NCBI GenBank assembly: GCA_001805055.1
Contig: MHDZ01000033.1
Location: forward strand, 4,404 to 68,403
Source: Nitrospirae bacterium GWC2_57_13
GTDB taxonomy: Bacteria; Nitrospirota; UBA9217
Length of the DNA: 64,000 nt
Reading direction: 5' to 3'
Below the pieces are notes generated by a model. That model was not told the origin of the DNA and made no database searches. It was given only the letters and a program-made list of their open reading frames with translations. Positions 30,020 through 40,173 of the stretch are shown one piece after another. How positions within the stretch are numbered: the first letter of the stretch is position 1; every line of letters begins with the position of its first letter. The translations under genes were made by a program, and so were the position numbers.

Positions 30020-31807
30020 CTAGTATTTCAGGAGGAGATAGGCGAATAGGAACAATGTTGCCCAGAGGACGCTCTGGCCGATGGGCCGGTTCTTTACAAT
30101 GTCTCCGGGAAAAGCCGCCTTCTCCGCCTTCAGTCTTTGCCCAATGCCTGCCTTCTGTTCTTCTCTGCTGAACCTCAACAACAGGGTGTCCGCACCGATT
30201 TTTACCGCCGAAAGCGGATTTTTACTGAACCATGACAGGGAAGAAGGGATCGCGTCAAAAGCGACTCTGTTTATCCATACCCCTAACCTCGCCATCGGAT
30301 TATTTACAACCCACATGAATGCCCTGGCGCCCTTCCGGTAAAACCAGTCGGCATCGAGGTTTGTCGCCCTGATCTCAGCAGGATATATTCCAGACAGCAA
30401 CAGTAGGGTGAAAGCCAGAGCCGAGAAGAACAGCAACTGCAGCTGGTCAATAACATGGGCGCCCGTGTACGGCGCATAGTCAACAGGATGCGGCAGTATG
30501 CTGTATAGATATCCGGGGAATACGCCGATGAAAATGCAAAGGAAGGCGGCGATCCCCATGGCGAGAAGCATGTTGAGCGGGGCCTCTTTTGTTCGGATTC
30601 CCGAGTCGTGAGAGAAGAACGCAAAATACGGGATTTTAATTCCGGAATGGTGAAAAACACCTGCAGAGGCGAAAATAAGGACAAACCATATGAAAGTCAG
30701 GCCCTCGTGACCGGACGCACTCACGATCATGGATTTGCTCACGAATCCACTAAAGAGAGGGAAACCTGATATTGATGCGGCGCCAATGATGCAGAATAGG
30801 GTCGTAAGCGGCATACTCTTGTACAGTCCGCCGAGGTCGGTGGCGTTTATTTTACCTGTTTGGTGCAGAACCGCGCCCATTGACATGAAGAGCAGGGCCT
30901 TGTACAGGATATGGGCAAAGGCATGGGCGACCGTACCGTTCAGCGAAAGCGCTGTGCCAATCCCGATGCCCGTCACCATGAACCCGACCTGGTTGATCAG
31001 GCTGTAGGATAGCACCTTTCTCAAATCGTTTTCAATGACCGCGTAAAAGATGGGGAAAGCAGTCATTGCGACGCCGATCCAGATCAACAGGTCGGTGCCG
31101 GGAAAAGACCTCGCAAGAACATAGACGGCGGTCTTGGTGGTAAAGGCGCTCAAAAAAACCGTGCCGGAAAAAGTCGACTCCGGATAAGCATCCGGAAGCC
31201 ACGCATGGAGAAGCGGGAAGGCGCCGTTTATTCCGAATCCGATCAGGATAAAATAAGACGCAAGGCTGTTTAAGCCCAGATACCCGAATTCGATTGACCC
31301 GGTGGTATGCACATGGATGAGTATGCCCACAAGGAGACAGAGCCCGCCGAAGATATGGACCAGAAGATACCTGAAACCGGCCGCCTGGGATCCGGCCCTC
31401 TTGCCTGCCCAGACAAGATACGCCGCCGCGAACGCCATGACTTCCCAGAATACGAACAACGAGAGCATGTCTCCGGCGAATACCGCGCCTAATGCGCTTC
31501 CCGCATACAGAAAGGCCGCCACATGCTGGCCTGCTTCCTTGACACGAACGGCATAGAGCGCCCCGATAAAGGACACAATCGTGAAGATATATCCAAAGGC
31601 CATGCTGAGCCTGTCAACCCTGCCGAACACCATCTGATAGTCCAGGAATGGAACGGACCAGTGCGTACCCACCTGTATGTTAAGGAGGTTTATAAAAGCG
31701 AAAACGGGCAGGATGAGCATGTACGCAGCCCGGACCCGGCCCTTGAAAAGAGGGATCAAAAGCGCTCCGAGGATGAATATCGCAGACGGGGGGAGCGCAT
31801 TATTCAT
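30020..31807 (-). CDS. Mrp antiporter large subunit (MrpA/NuoL-like)
   Basis: ~595 aa with many TM helices and NuoL/MnhA-type motifs (WLPDA, GxxFxxSK). Start at MNNALPP with RBS GGAGAAGGG. Confidence 0.8.
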   Translation of the reverse strand: MNNALPPSAIFILGALLIPLFKGRVRAAYMLILPVFAFINLLNIQVGTHWSVPFLDYQMVFGRVDRLSMAFGYIFTIVSFIGALYAVRVKEAGQHVAAFLYAGSALGAVFAGDMLSLFVFWEVMAFAAAYLVWAGKRAGSQAAGFRYLLVHIFGGLCLLVGILIHVHTTGSIEFGYLGLNSLASYFILIGFGINGAFPLLHAWLPDAYPESTFSGTVFLSAFTTKTAVYVLARSFPGTDLLIWIGVAMTAFPIFYAVIENDLRKVLSYSLINQVGFMVTGIGIGTALSLNGTVAHAFAHILYKALLFMSMGAVLHQTGKINATDLGGLYKSMPLTTLFCIIGAASISGFPLFSGFVSKSMIVSASGHEGLTFIWFVLIFASAGVFHHSGIKIPYFAFFSHDSGIRTKEAPLNMLLAMGIAAFLCIFIGVFPGYLYSILPHPVDYAPYTGAHVIDQLQLLFFSALAFTLLLLSGIYPAEIRATNLDADWFYRKGARAFMWVVNNPMARLGVWINRVAFDAIPSSLSWFSKNPLSAVKIGADTLLLRFSREEQKAGIGQRLKAEKAAFPGDIVKNRPIGQSVLWATLFLFAYLLLKY

Positions 31808-32042
31808 AATATTTTTCCCTTCTCCTGACAAGGGGGCGAAGAATATATTTTGCCACCAATACGAGAAGGACGCATGCCACAAACCCGTAGGTGGCGTAAA
31901 AAGAGGGGTATTCTTCCCACGTGAAATAAGGATGCTTGGGTATAAACAGATCAACAACTACCAGCAGAACAAGGGAGATATAAAAAACCTTTAAGAATCG
32001 TTTTAAATTCTCCGGCTTATCAAATAGATGCTTTTTCTTCAT
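31800..32042 (-). CDS. small membrane protein (80 aa) within the mrp cluster
   Basis: One or two TM helices. RBS AAAGGAG. Stop and start overlap the neighbouring genes. Confidence 0.4.
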   Translation of the reverse strand: MKKKHLFDKPENLKRFLKVFYISLVLLVVVDLFIPKHPYFTWEEYPSFYATYGFVACVLLVLVAKYILRPLVRRREKYYE

Positions 32043-32056
32043 GAGAGCGCTCCTTT

Positions 32057-32182
32057 TCAGGCAGATAAAAAAATGGCGACTAAATATAAGATGCCGATTG
32101 AAACGGCAATGAAGAAAGTCCGCAGGTATCCCGGCTCAGGCTCGTGTTTGAGCTCCATGATCTCCTGATGGTCATTATGCAT
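32057..32182 (-). CDS. small membrane protein (41 aa), not in the supplied ORF track
   Basis: MHNDHQEIMELKHEPEPGYLRTFFIAVSIGILYLVAIFLSA. RBS GGAGGGAA 7 nt upstream. 1-nt gap to the upstream gene. Confidence 0.35.
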   Translation of the reverse strand: MHNDHQEIMELKHEPEPGYLRTFFIAVSIGILYLVAIFLSA

Positions 32183-32183
32183 C

Positions 32184-33713
32184 TTAATTCCCTCCGGTTA
32201 CGGACGTTACCGCAATCCGCGCAAGATCAAAAACTAGTGACGGCATGAAAAATAATGCGACCGCCCCGATCGCGGTAAGAACCAGCGGCACGACCATCAG
32301 GGCAGGGGCCTCGTGTATTTTCAGTTCGGAGTTCGGAGTGTGGAGTTCGGAGCGAACGCCATGATACTGCCTATGCTCGGCAGCGGGCTCCTTGAAATAC
32401 GCAGCATACACTATCGGCAGAAAATAGCTGGAATTCAGGATCGTGCTCGCTGCAATAACCGCGAGAATGGGCCATTGGCCTGCCTCGATTGAGCCGAGTG
32501 CAATGTACCATTTGCTCAGAAACCCTCCGAGCGGCGGCATCCCGATCATGGAGAGCGCGCCCAGGGTGAACGCGGCCATGGTGAATGGCATTTTTTTGCC
32601 GATTCCGCTAAGCTGGCTGATATCGGACTTGTGGGCCGCCACATAGATCGCACCGGCGGCAAAGAAGAGGGTTATTTTTCCGAAGGCATGCAGAACGATG
32701 TGCATGACGCCGCCAATGATGCCCGACGGGGTGAGAAGAGCGACGCCGAGGATAACGTAGGAGAGCTGGCTCACAGTTGAGTAGGCAAGCCGGGCTTTGA
32801 GGTTGTCCTTTCTGAGGGCGATGATCGACGCCACGATGATCGTGAATGAAGCGAAATACGCAAGGGCTGTGCCGAGTCCGAGGTCTTTCAGCAGGTTCAC
32901 ACCGAATATATGCAGCACGACCTTTACTACGACGAAGACCCCGGTCTTCACCACGGCCACGGCGTGCAGGAGGGCGCTCACCGGAGTAGGGGCGACCATG
33001 GCAGCGGGCAGCCATGAGTGGAACGGCATCATTGCAGCCTTTCCTATGCCGGCCATGAAAAGGACAAAGATCACGATGAGCATGGAGTCCGACGCTTTTC
33101 CCGCAAGGATCCCCTGAGGGGAGAAGTCGAGTGTGCCGGCCGCGTTGTAGGTGAGGAAAATCGCAAAGAGCAGGAACGCTACGGATGTTCCGAGCAGATA
33201 GGCTATGTATCTCCGCGCACCTTTTCGGGCCTCCGGTGTTTCCTTGTGTGCAACGAGCGGATATGTGCAGATGGTGATGATCTCATAGAACAGGAAGGTC
33301 GTGAACAGGTTAGCGGAAAAGGCCACTCCCATTGTTGCTGAAAGCGCGATCGCGAAGCTGGCGAAATATCTCGTCTGGTTGTGCTCTTTCAACGACCTCA
33401 CATAACCGATGGAATAAAATGACGTGATGATCCATAAAAATGACGCGGTGAGGCCGAATAACATCCCGAGAGCGTCCACCCGGAACTGGATCAAAAGACC
33501 CGGGGCAATGGTCAGAACCGTGTATTCAAGCACCTTTCCATCGAGGATAAAGGGAACCATGGATGCAACGAGCGAAAACTTGATTACGCCCGCGAGAATG
33601 GTCCAGGTCTCTCTGAGGTTTTTGTGCCGTTCTCCCGAAAGCAGTATCAGAAACGCGGCAACAAGGGAAACCAGTACTGCCTGCAATGGTCTTGCGGAAC
33701 AAAGAACTTCCAT
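32184..33713 (-). CDS. Mrp antiporter subunit D-like (NuoN/NuoM family)
   Basis: 14-TM proton-pumping subunit family (WLPAAM, HAF motifs). RBS GGAGGAAGG. Confidence 0.8.
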   Translation of the reverse strand: MEVLCSARPLQAVLVSLVAAFLILLSGERHKNLRETWTILAGVIKFSLVASMVPFILDGKVLEYTVLTIAPGLLIQFRVDALGMLFGLTASFLWIITSFYSIGYVRSLKEHNQTRYFASFAIALSATMGVAFSANLFTTFLFYEIITICTYPLVAHKETPEARKGARRYIAYLLGTSVAFLLFAIFLTYNAAGTLDFSPQGILAGKASDSMLIVIFVLFMAGIGKAAMMPFHSWLPAAMVAPTPVSALLHAVAVVKTGVFVVVKVVLHIFGVNLLKDLGLGTALAYFASFTIIVASIIALRKDNLKARLAYSTVSQLSYVILGVALLTPSGIIGGVMHIVLHAFGKITLFFAAGAIYVAAHKSDISQLSGIGKKMPFTMAAFTLGALSMIGMPPLGGFLSKWYIALGSIEAGQWPILAVIAASTILNSSYFLPIVYAAYFKEPAAEHRQYHGVRSELHTPNSELKIHEAPALMVVPLVLTAIGAVALFFMPSLVFDLARIAVTSVTGGN

Positions 33714-33721
33714 CCTTCCTC

Positions 33722-35209
33722 CTAGAAAACCGATGGAACGGCGAACTGTATCACGGTTGTGATGATCCTGCCGCTGAATAACCCGAGGATCAGGACCCCA
33801 ACAGCCATGACAAGGACCGGGACAAGCATGCCGAGTGGCGCCTCATCCATTACAGCTCTCGCGCTCTTTCCATGACCGGGGTCTGCCGCGGTGAAGTACA
33901 CTCGCTCGATGATCCTGAAGAAGACGATGGCGGTCATCAGGCTGCTGATCAAAAGCACTGCTGCAAACACCCATTTTCCCGCCTCTATCGCTCCGAGCAC
34001 CAGATACCACTTGCTGAAAAAACCGGCTGTCGGCGGAATGCCCACTACCGAGATGCCTCCCACGACAAAGGCGGCCATGGTAATGGGCATGGTTTTGTGG
34101 ATATGCGATAATGAAGCAATGTTCGTATTTTTTGTCTTATAGGCGATCGCACCGACGGCAAGGAACAGGCATGCCATCATGAACGAGTCGTTGAGGATAT
34201 GCAGGATCGAGCCGGTGAGGCCGGTCCTGTTCGCGAAGCTAACGCCCAATACGATGTAACCAACCTCGGCGATCAGGATATAGGCAAGCATCCTCTTGAG
34301 CTCTGTCTGGGCGATTGCGTACCCAGAACCGAAGATCACTGCCGCTGCAGCCACCCAGCCCACGAGGTTCATCACCGGCAGGACCTCGATGGAAAAAAAC
34401 GGCTGGAACACCGTGAAGATGATCCGTATCATCAGATAGGCGCCCACTTTTGTCATGGTGGATGCGACCAGCGCGCTCACTGCAGAGGGAGCAAGCGTAT
34501 AAGCGTCGGGAAGCCATCGGTGCAGAGGGAAAAGGGCGATCTTGAGCGCTATTCCCACCATAAAAAAGGCGAAGGCGACCTGTATCACCGGGGAATGGTA
34601 CAGGCCGGGCAGAAGCCTCGACAGGTCCGCGATATTAAGGGTGCCTGTCATGATATAGAGGTAGCCCACGCCGAGGAGATAAAAACAGGCCCCGATGGTG
34701 CCCATGATCACATAGTTGAAGGCCGCGAGCGGTGCCCGCTTGTCCGGTCCGATGGCCACGAGGGCGTAACTCGCCAGGGAGGTTATCTCAAGGAATACGT
34801 AGATATTGAAGATGTCGCCCGTCACGACAATGCCGAGCAGGCCGGTAACGAGCAGCAGGAAGATGGAGTGGAAATATACGGTCTTGCCGGGAAACTCCCG
34901 TTCAATGCTTTTTCTTGTATAAACGGCGATGACAAGACTGACGAACGATACGATCACGGCCACGAAGCCGCTTAAATGGTCTATCACATACTCAATGCCC
35001 CAGGGCGGCGCCCATCCGCCGAGACGGTAGTGAATGGTCCCGGAGTCAATCACGGTGTTGAGTGCAATGAAACTCGATGCTGCGCTCACGGAAAGGGCCG
35101 CCAGCATCAGGGGGAAGCTGAGCGCTCTCCAGCGCAGCCCCAGGATGATGTTGATCAGAGATGCCAGGAGCGGCACTACGATGATAAGAACAGGAGCGTT
35201 TTTTATCAT
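33722..35209 (-). CDS. Mrp antiporter subunit D-like (NuoM/MbhH family), second paralogue
   Basis: WLPDAY and HILNDSFMM motifs. 495 aa. Confidence 0.8.
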   Translation of the reverse strand: MIKNAPVLIIVVPLLASLINIILGLRWRALSFPLMLAALSVSAASSFIALNTVIDSGTIHYRLGGWAPPWGIEYVIDHLSGFVAVIVSFVSLVIAVYTRKSIEREFPGKTVYFHSIFLLLVTGLLGIVVTGDIFNIYVFLEITSLASYALVAIGPDKRAPLAAFNYVIMGTIGACFYLLGVGYLYIMTGTLNIADLSRLLPGLYHSPVIQVAFAFFMVGIALKIALFPLHRWLPDAYTLAPSAVSALVASTMTKVGAYLMIRIIFTVFQPFFSIEVLPVMNLVGWVAAAAVIFGSGYAIAQTELKRMLAYILIAEVGYIVLGVSFANRTGLTGSILHILNDSFMMACLFLAVGAIAYKTKNTNIASLSHIHKTMPITMAAFVVGGISVVGIPPTAGFFSKWYLVLGAIEAGKWVFAAVLLISSLMTAIVFFRIIERVYFTAADPGHGKSARAVMDEAPLGMLVPVLVMAVGVLILGLFSGRIITTVIQFAVPSVF

Positions 35210-35556
35210 TGCATTTCATCCTCTTCCAGGGTCTTGAACCGCTTGTAAATCAGTATGGCAAGGGCGAGGGCCACGCCGAATGTGCTCACCATGACCACGA
35301 TGGCCGTCAGCATGAGCACGTGCGGCAGCGGGTTCATGTAGTGGGCCGCGTCAACAGCCTGGCCGGCCTGTATGATCGGTATAGTCGCGCCTTTTTTGGA
35401 ACCCATGGATACGAAAAAGAGTATTATCGCGGTCTGGAATATGTTCATCCCCACGAGCTTTTTGATGAGGTTCTTCTTGGCTATCATGGCATATAAGCCG
35501 ATCATCATCAGGAAGATATAGAACCAGTAATTATATTTTCCGATCACGAATTCCAT
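35206..35556 (-). CDS. Mrp antiporter subunit C (NuoK-like)
   Basis: MEFVIGKYNYWFYIFLMMIGLYAMIAKKNLIKKLVGMNIFQTAIILFF is the MnhC/MrpC signature. ATGA overlap with the upstream gene. Confidence 0.8.
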   Translation of the reverse strand: MEFVIGKYNYWFYIFLMMIGLYAMIAKKNLIKKLVGMNIFQTAIILFFVSMGSKKGATIPIIQAGQAVDAAHYMNPLPHVLMLTAIVVMVSTFGVALALAILIYKRFKTLEEDEMQ

Positions 35557-35557
35557 G

Positions 35558-36016
35558 TTATTCCACCGACCCTTCCTCGTGCTCGCCTCCGGAGGCGAGA
35601 TTGAGGAATATGGAGACCATGACCGCCATGACCGTGATCCCCACACCGATCTCTATGCCGAAGGTGCCGAGGGCCCTTGCTTTTGCAGTTCCCACCGGCA
35701 GGATCTCCGCAAGGACGCCGTAGTCAAGATAGTTTGCCCCGAGCAGCAGGCAGATAAACCCGATCCCTGCGTATATCAGCACGCCCACGCCCGTCAGGAC
35801 CGTGTTCATTTTTTCCGTCATTCTTCTTTTGACCTCAGCAATATCGTACGCGATCATACTGAGTATGAAGCTCGCCCCGAGTATGCAGCCGCCCTGGAAT
35901 CCTCCGCCGGGGCTGTAGTGGCCGTGGGCGATCACGTACAGGGCAAAAAGAAGGATAAACGGCGTCAGAAACCTGCTTACACTCTGGACTATCACATTGT
36001 CGCATTGCTTGATCAT
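35558..36016 (-). CDS. Mrp antiporter subunit B (MnhB domain)
   Basis: HGHYSPGGGFQGG MnhB motif. ATGA start/stop overlap at 36013-36016. Confidence 0.7.
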   Translation of the reverse strand: MIKQCDNVIVQSVSRFLTPFILLFALYVIAHGHYSPGGGFQGGCILGASFILSMIAYDIAEVKRRMTEKMNTVLTGVGVLIYAGIGFICLLLGANYLDYGVLAEILPVGTAKARALGTFGIEIGVGITVMAVMVSIFLNLASGGEHEEGSVE

Positions 36017-36289
36017 GATTTCTTCCCCCGTCGCAGCAGAAGTATGCACACGATCCCTGCGGTGAATATGACCGTGGTTTCTCCGAGGGTGTCATAGCCC
36101 CTGTAGTCGGCAAGCACGGACGTGACCGCATTGGGTGTCGCCGTTTCTTCAATGGTTTTTTCCAGATACCGGGGCGAAACATGGGTAGTGGCCGGAGACG
36201 CAAGGGATCCCCAGTCGGGCATCTCGTTGGTGCTGAACACGAGCAGGCCGCCGGTGATGATGACCGCAATCAGCGCGAAGATCTTCAAT
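36013..36289 (-). CDS. MnhB-N/MbhE-like small membrane subunit
   Basis: ...ADYRGYDTLGETTVIFTAGIV... is the MnhB N-terminal-domain signature. Probable TTG start at 36289 with RBS GGAGGA. Confidence 0.45.
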
Positions 36290-36530
36290 CGTTGGTCCTC
36301 CTGGTCGTCTGGAATATGGCGCCGATAAAGAAGGCGGTGCTTATGCCGGCGCCGACCGCGGCCTCGGTAAAGGCCACGTCCACGGCCCCCATTCCCGTCC
36401 AGAGCAGGCACATGAGAAAACTGTAGGCCCCGAGGATGATGGCAGAACTCAGCAGGTCCTTCACGTTAATGGCGGCTACAGCGCAGATAACGACCATGAT
36501 GAGAATGATGAAATCGAGTTGCCAGATCAT
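36285..36530 (-). CDS. DUF4040/MbhD-like small membrane subunit
   Basis: 81 aa, 3 TM. Its position in the cluster matches MbhD of Mbh-type modules. Confidence 0.5.
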   Translation of the reverse strand: MIWQLDFIILIMVVICAVAAINVKDLLSSAIILGAYSFLMCLLWTGMGAVDVAFTEAAVGAGISTAFFIGAIFQTTRRTND

Positions 36531-36865
36531 TTCTTCCCCTCCTTCATCGTCCAGGGCGCCACGCCAGCGTCGAGCGCGGCCTTGGTGATCGCATGACAGG
36601 CCGTGGGATTCGCGATAAAGATAAAAAATGCGATCAGCATGATCTTCACGCTCACCAGGAAGGCGACAAGCGTGAATCCCGCATGCAGGTTGTAAAGCGC
36701 CATGCCCGAGAGCATAAGGAACGCGCCGAGGGTGTCGCCCTTGCCCGCAGCGTGCATTCTTGTGTAGAAATCCGGAAACCGCAACATGCCTATGCTCGCT
36801 GTGAAGAAGAAAAAAGCTCCCACGATCATCAAAACCGCCGATAGGATCGATAGTGTGGTCGTCAT
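36527..36865 (-). CDS. Mrp antiporter subunit G
   Basis: FFFFTASIGMLRFPDFYTRMHAAGKGDTLG is the MnhG/PhaG signature. Confidence 0.75.
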   Translation of the reverse strand: MTTTLSILSAVLMIVGAFFFFTASIGMLRFPDFYTRMHAAGKGDTLGAFLMLSGMALYNLHAGFTLVAFLVSVKIMLIAFFIFIANPTACHAITKAALDAGVAPWTMKEGKK

Positions 36866-37170
36866 CTGCCCATCTCCCTGTCCTTAAAGGATTTCGCGCC
36901 CGGCATGATGCTTTTCCTCACCCGGAAGAATTTCGCGGCGGCAAGTGTGGCGATAAAGTTCAAGAGGGCGTAGGCCAGGGCAATATCCACGAACATGTCG
37001 ATCCGCTTGTAGATAAGCCCCATGAGGCAGAGCAGTATAGTTGTCTTGGTGCCGATGACCCCCGCGCCCACGATCCTGTCCAGTACGGTCGGGCCGTACA
37101 CCACCCGGTACAGGACTACCATGGCCAGAAGGGCCATAACAATGCTGATGCCGAGAATGAAGTCTTCCAT
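36862..37170 (-). CDS. Mrp antiporter subunit F
   Basis: VVYGPTVLDRIVGAGVIGTKTT is the MnhF signature. Confidence 0.75.
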   Translation of the reverse strand: MEDFILGISIVMALLAMVVLYRVVYGPTVLDRIVGAGVIGTKTTILLCLMGLIYKRIDMFVDIALAYALLNFIATLAAAKFFRVRKSIMPGAKSFKDREMGR

Positions 37171-37647
37171 CTACTCCTCCCCAAAGATATGGGCGATCCT
37201 CTGTTCCATATCGCTGTTCAACAGGTCCTCAGCGGTCTTTTTGCTCAGGGCATGGACATAGTATTCTCCATCCCTTATGTCCGCCGTTATCGTGCCCGGA
37301 GTGAGGGTGATGGAGTTGCCAAAAACCACGTGCGAGACATCTTTTTTAAGCGTACTTTTAAATTTCACCAGCTGGGGGTCAATGGGCATCTTTGGGTTCA
37401 GGGCAAGCTGAGCCACATGCAGGTTGGACAAGACGATCTGGTACAGGAGCCAGGGGATGTATTTCAGGAACCTGATAATCTCTTGAAACGCATAGGGATG
37501 GATTTCGCGCCTGAATATGAGGTCGTGGGTCATAAAAGTCACTAGTGCGGACGAGATGATCCCCAGCGAGAGATGAAAGGCGTCGAATATACCTGACCAG
37601 ACCATCCAAAGCGTAAAAAGCGCGGCAAAGAGAATGAGGTATTTCAT
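37171..37647 (-). CDS. Mrp antiporter subunit E
   Basis: MnhE motifs including ITLTPGT. Start at MKYLILF. Confidence 0.7.
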   Translation of the reverse strand: MKYLILFAALFTLWMVWSGIFDAFHLSLGIISSALVTFMTHDLIFRREIHPYAFQEIIRFLKYIPWLLYQIVLSNLHVAQLALNPKMPIDPQLVKFKSTLKKDVSHVVFGNSITLTPGTITADIRDGEYYVHALSKKTAEDLLNSDMEQRIAHIFGEE

Positions 37648-37728
37648 GTTTGTTTCTCCTGATCGGGCCTTCCTGGATTCCCCTTCCCTGTATGAGAGGG
37701 CCATAAAAGACAAGGCTAAGCCATGACG

Positions 37729-38118
37729 TTATCCCCAACAACGGCAGGGTCGGGGACCCGTGAGCGGTCGGTAAATGGAGGCGCCCAGCAGCACAATGAT
37801 GAGACAGACGATGGCCCAGGGCTCCGCAACCGTGATGAAGTCAAACAGGCTGAAATACCCGATGTCAAAGGCGATGCTCGTGATCGGTGGACACCCGATC
37901 ACGAGCATGGTAAATGAGGTCAAGATGGGCGCTGAGAGCGCGATCGCTGCCTCGGGGATGCCCATGGTCCGGGCATGAGCATCGTAAATGAGCAGAATCG
38001 GGTCGGCGAGCCGCTTGCCCGCTCCGGTGTCGAGCATGTCCATTCTTGTGGACACGCTTGCTCCGAATACGACCCGGGTCTCCCAGGGAACTTTCTTGAT
38101 CACTTCATTGAAGCCCAC
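37729..38118 (-). CDS. hypothetical membrane protein upstream of mrpE
   Basis: Open frame with a C-terminal TM pair. No family recognised. Confidence 0.3.
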   Translation of the reverse strand: MGFNEVIKKVPWETRVVFGASVSTRMDMLDTGAGKRLADPILLIYDAHARTMGIPEAAIALSAPILTSFTMLVIGCPPITSIAFDIGYFSLFDFITVAEPWAIVCLIIVLLGASIYRPLTGPRPCRCWG

Positions 38119-38403
38119 GAGCCGGAAACCGATGATCTATCAGCCTCTATCGGGTTGCTTTTGGCGCGCGCGGGGAGCGGGCGACGAAATGTCCGATTTT
38201 GCCAGCAGATATGCAGTATTGTACCTGAACAGGTTTTTTTTATCAAGCATAGTCATCGCGGTATCGGCATCACCACCGGATCAGACGGGTGTGACAGGCA
38301 ATTAGCGCTCTCTCCAGGGAATATGATGAGGATAACGGTCATGCAGGCACGGTTGTCAGCTGATCTCTCGTGCTGATTTGAAGGTCAGCGCCGGGGTTTT
38401 CTG

Positions 38404-38432
38404 TTGACATTTTTTTGTGATTCAACATAATA
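38404..38432 (+). promoter_or_regulatory. putative sigma70 promoter of hemL
   Basis: TTGACA, a 17-nt spacer, then ATAATA. Confidence 0.45.
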
Positions 38433-38510
38433 GGTCATACAGCGTATCCATCGAGCGTTCGAGAGTTGCAGGAACTCTGTACCGTTCACCAGAGCAGGAA
38501 AGGAGCAGTT

Positions 38511-39794
38511 ATGGCAGGGCCCAGGTCAAAAAAGCTTTTTGCAGAGGCGAAAAAGCATATTCCCGGTGGCGTGAACAGCCCGGTACGGGCCTTCCGTTCC
38601 GTCGGCGGTGAGCCGCTCTTCATCAAGAAGGCAAAGGGTTCCAAGATAACCGACGCGGACGGGAAGGAATACATCGATTACGTTCTGTCCTGGGGGCCCA
38701 TGATCGTGGGCCATGCCCATCCCGCGGTGACAGCGGCCCTTCGGAAGGCCGTTGCCGACGGTACGAGCTTTGGCGCGCCGACCGAGCTTGAGGTGACGCT
38801 GGCGAAGCTGGTCAAAAAGGCGTATCCGTCCGTTGAGATGCTGCGCATGGTCAGCTCGGGAACGGAAGCGACCATGAGCGCGATCCGCGCGGCACGGGGG
38901 TATACGGGCAGGGACAAGATCCTGAAGTTCGACGGCTGCTACCACGGCCATGCCGACAGCCTGCTCGTGAAGGCAGGCAGCGGCGTCGCCACCTTCGGAC
39001 TTCCTGACAGCCCCGGCGTGCCGGCTGACCTGGCAAAGCTTACCCTCACGGTTGCCTTCAACGATCTGGCCGCCGTGCAGGAAATCACGGCCCGCGAGGG
39101 AGCACAGATCGCCTGCATCATTGTCGAACCCGTTGCCGGCAATATGGGGTGCGTACCCCCGGAGGCTGGTTTTCTCGAAGGCCTTCGCGAGGTATGCGAC
39201 CGGCACGGCATCGTGCTCATCTTTGACGAGGTCATGACGGGCTTCCGCGTGGCCTTTGGCGGCGCCCAGCAACGGTACAATATCACGCCTGACCTTACCT
39301 GTCTGGGGAAAGTGATCGGCGGAGGCCTGCCTGTGGGCGCCTATGGCGGCAAACATGCGATCATGGAAAGGATCGCTCCGATCGGTCCCGTCTACCAGGC
39401 CGGGACCCTGTCGGGCAATCCCATCGCCATGACAGCGGGGATCGAGACACTTAAACTGCTCTCCAGGCCCGGCGTATACCGGACCCTGGAGACGCTTTCG
39501 GCCGAGCTTGAAGAGGGGCTGACGCAGGCGGCCAGGGGTGCAGGCCTGCCGGTCACGATCAATCGCGTGGGATCCATGTTCACGGCCTTTTTCACGGACC
39601 GGAAGGTGCGGGATTTTGCCAGCGCCAAGACGTCCGATGCGGCGCGTTTCGGCAGGTTCTTCCAGTCCATGCTGAAGCAGGGTGTGAACCTTGCCCCTTC
39701 CCAGTTCGAGGCCGCCTTCCTGTCCCTGGCCCATACGCGGGCGGACATCGCAAAGACGATCGAAGCGGCCCGGAAGAGCATGCGGGGGCTTTAG
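38511..39794 (+). CDS. hemL: glutamate-1-semialdehyde 2,1-aminomutase
   Basis: [17 protein letters not shown]-terminus. Class III aminotransferase PLP site. Confidence 0.9.
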   Translation: MAGPRSKKLFAEAKKHIPGGVNSPVRAFRSVGGEPLFIKKAKGSKITDADGKEYIDYVLSWGPMIVGHAHPAVTAALRKAVADGTSFGAPTELEVTLAKLVKKAYPSVEMLRMVSSGTEATMSAIRAARGYTGRDKILKFDGCYHGHADSLLVKAGSGVATFGLPDSPGVPADLAKLTLTVAFNDLAAVQEITAREGAQIACIIVEPVAGNMGCVPPEAGFLEGLREVCDRHGIVLIFDEVMTGFRVAFGGAQQRYNITPDLTCLGKVIGGGLPVGAYGGKHAIMERIAPIGPVYQAGTLSGNPIAMTAGIETLKLLSRPGVYRTLETLSAELEEGLTQAARGAGLPVTINRVGSMFTAFFTDRKVRDFASAKTSDAARFGRFFQSMLKQGVNLAPSQFEAAFLSLAHTRADIAKTIEAARKSMRGL

Positions 39795-39921
39795 TTTTTT
39801 ATCACAGGGGTTGCAGGTAGACTCTGGAAGGTGAGGCGCTATGAAGTTGAGAAGTTGGGAGGATAGGAAGATGAGAATCAAGACCTCCCATCTTCATACC
39901 TTCTTATCTTCTTAACTTCGT

Positions 39922-40173
39922 GTGTTTTCTATGGAAGAGAAGGATAGAAAGGTATGGCGCCTTATCGGCGCGCTGAGCACCGTGGGTATCACGCTTGTGG
40001 CCGCCCTGGTGATCGGTTTTTACATAGGGCTCAAGCTTGATGAATATTTCGGCACCTCACCGTGGCTGACGATCGTATTCCTCATTCTTGGCATCATCGC
40101 GGGCTTCAAGAACCTCGTCACCCTGTCGAGAAGGATCGAGGAATTGGACAACGACAAGGATAAAAAGGACTGA
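39922..40173 (+). CDS. AtpZ-like small membrane protein (ATP-synthase gene-1 family)
   Basis: Two TM helices with LGxxxxGxxLD...SPWLTIVFLILG, typical of AtpZ. No ATP synthase genes are adjacent. Confidence 0.5.
   Translation: MFSMEEKDRKVWRLIGALSTVGITLVAALVIGFYIGLKLDEYFGTSPWLTIVFLILGIIAGFKNLVTLSRRIEELDNDKDKKD

Noticed and set aside
38526-39881. 451-aa minus-strand ORF
   Set aside because: Antisense to hemL.
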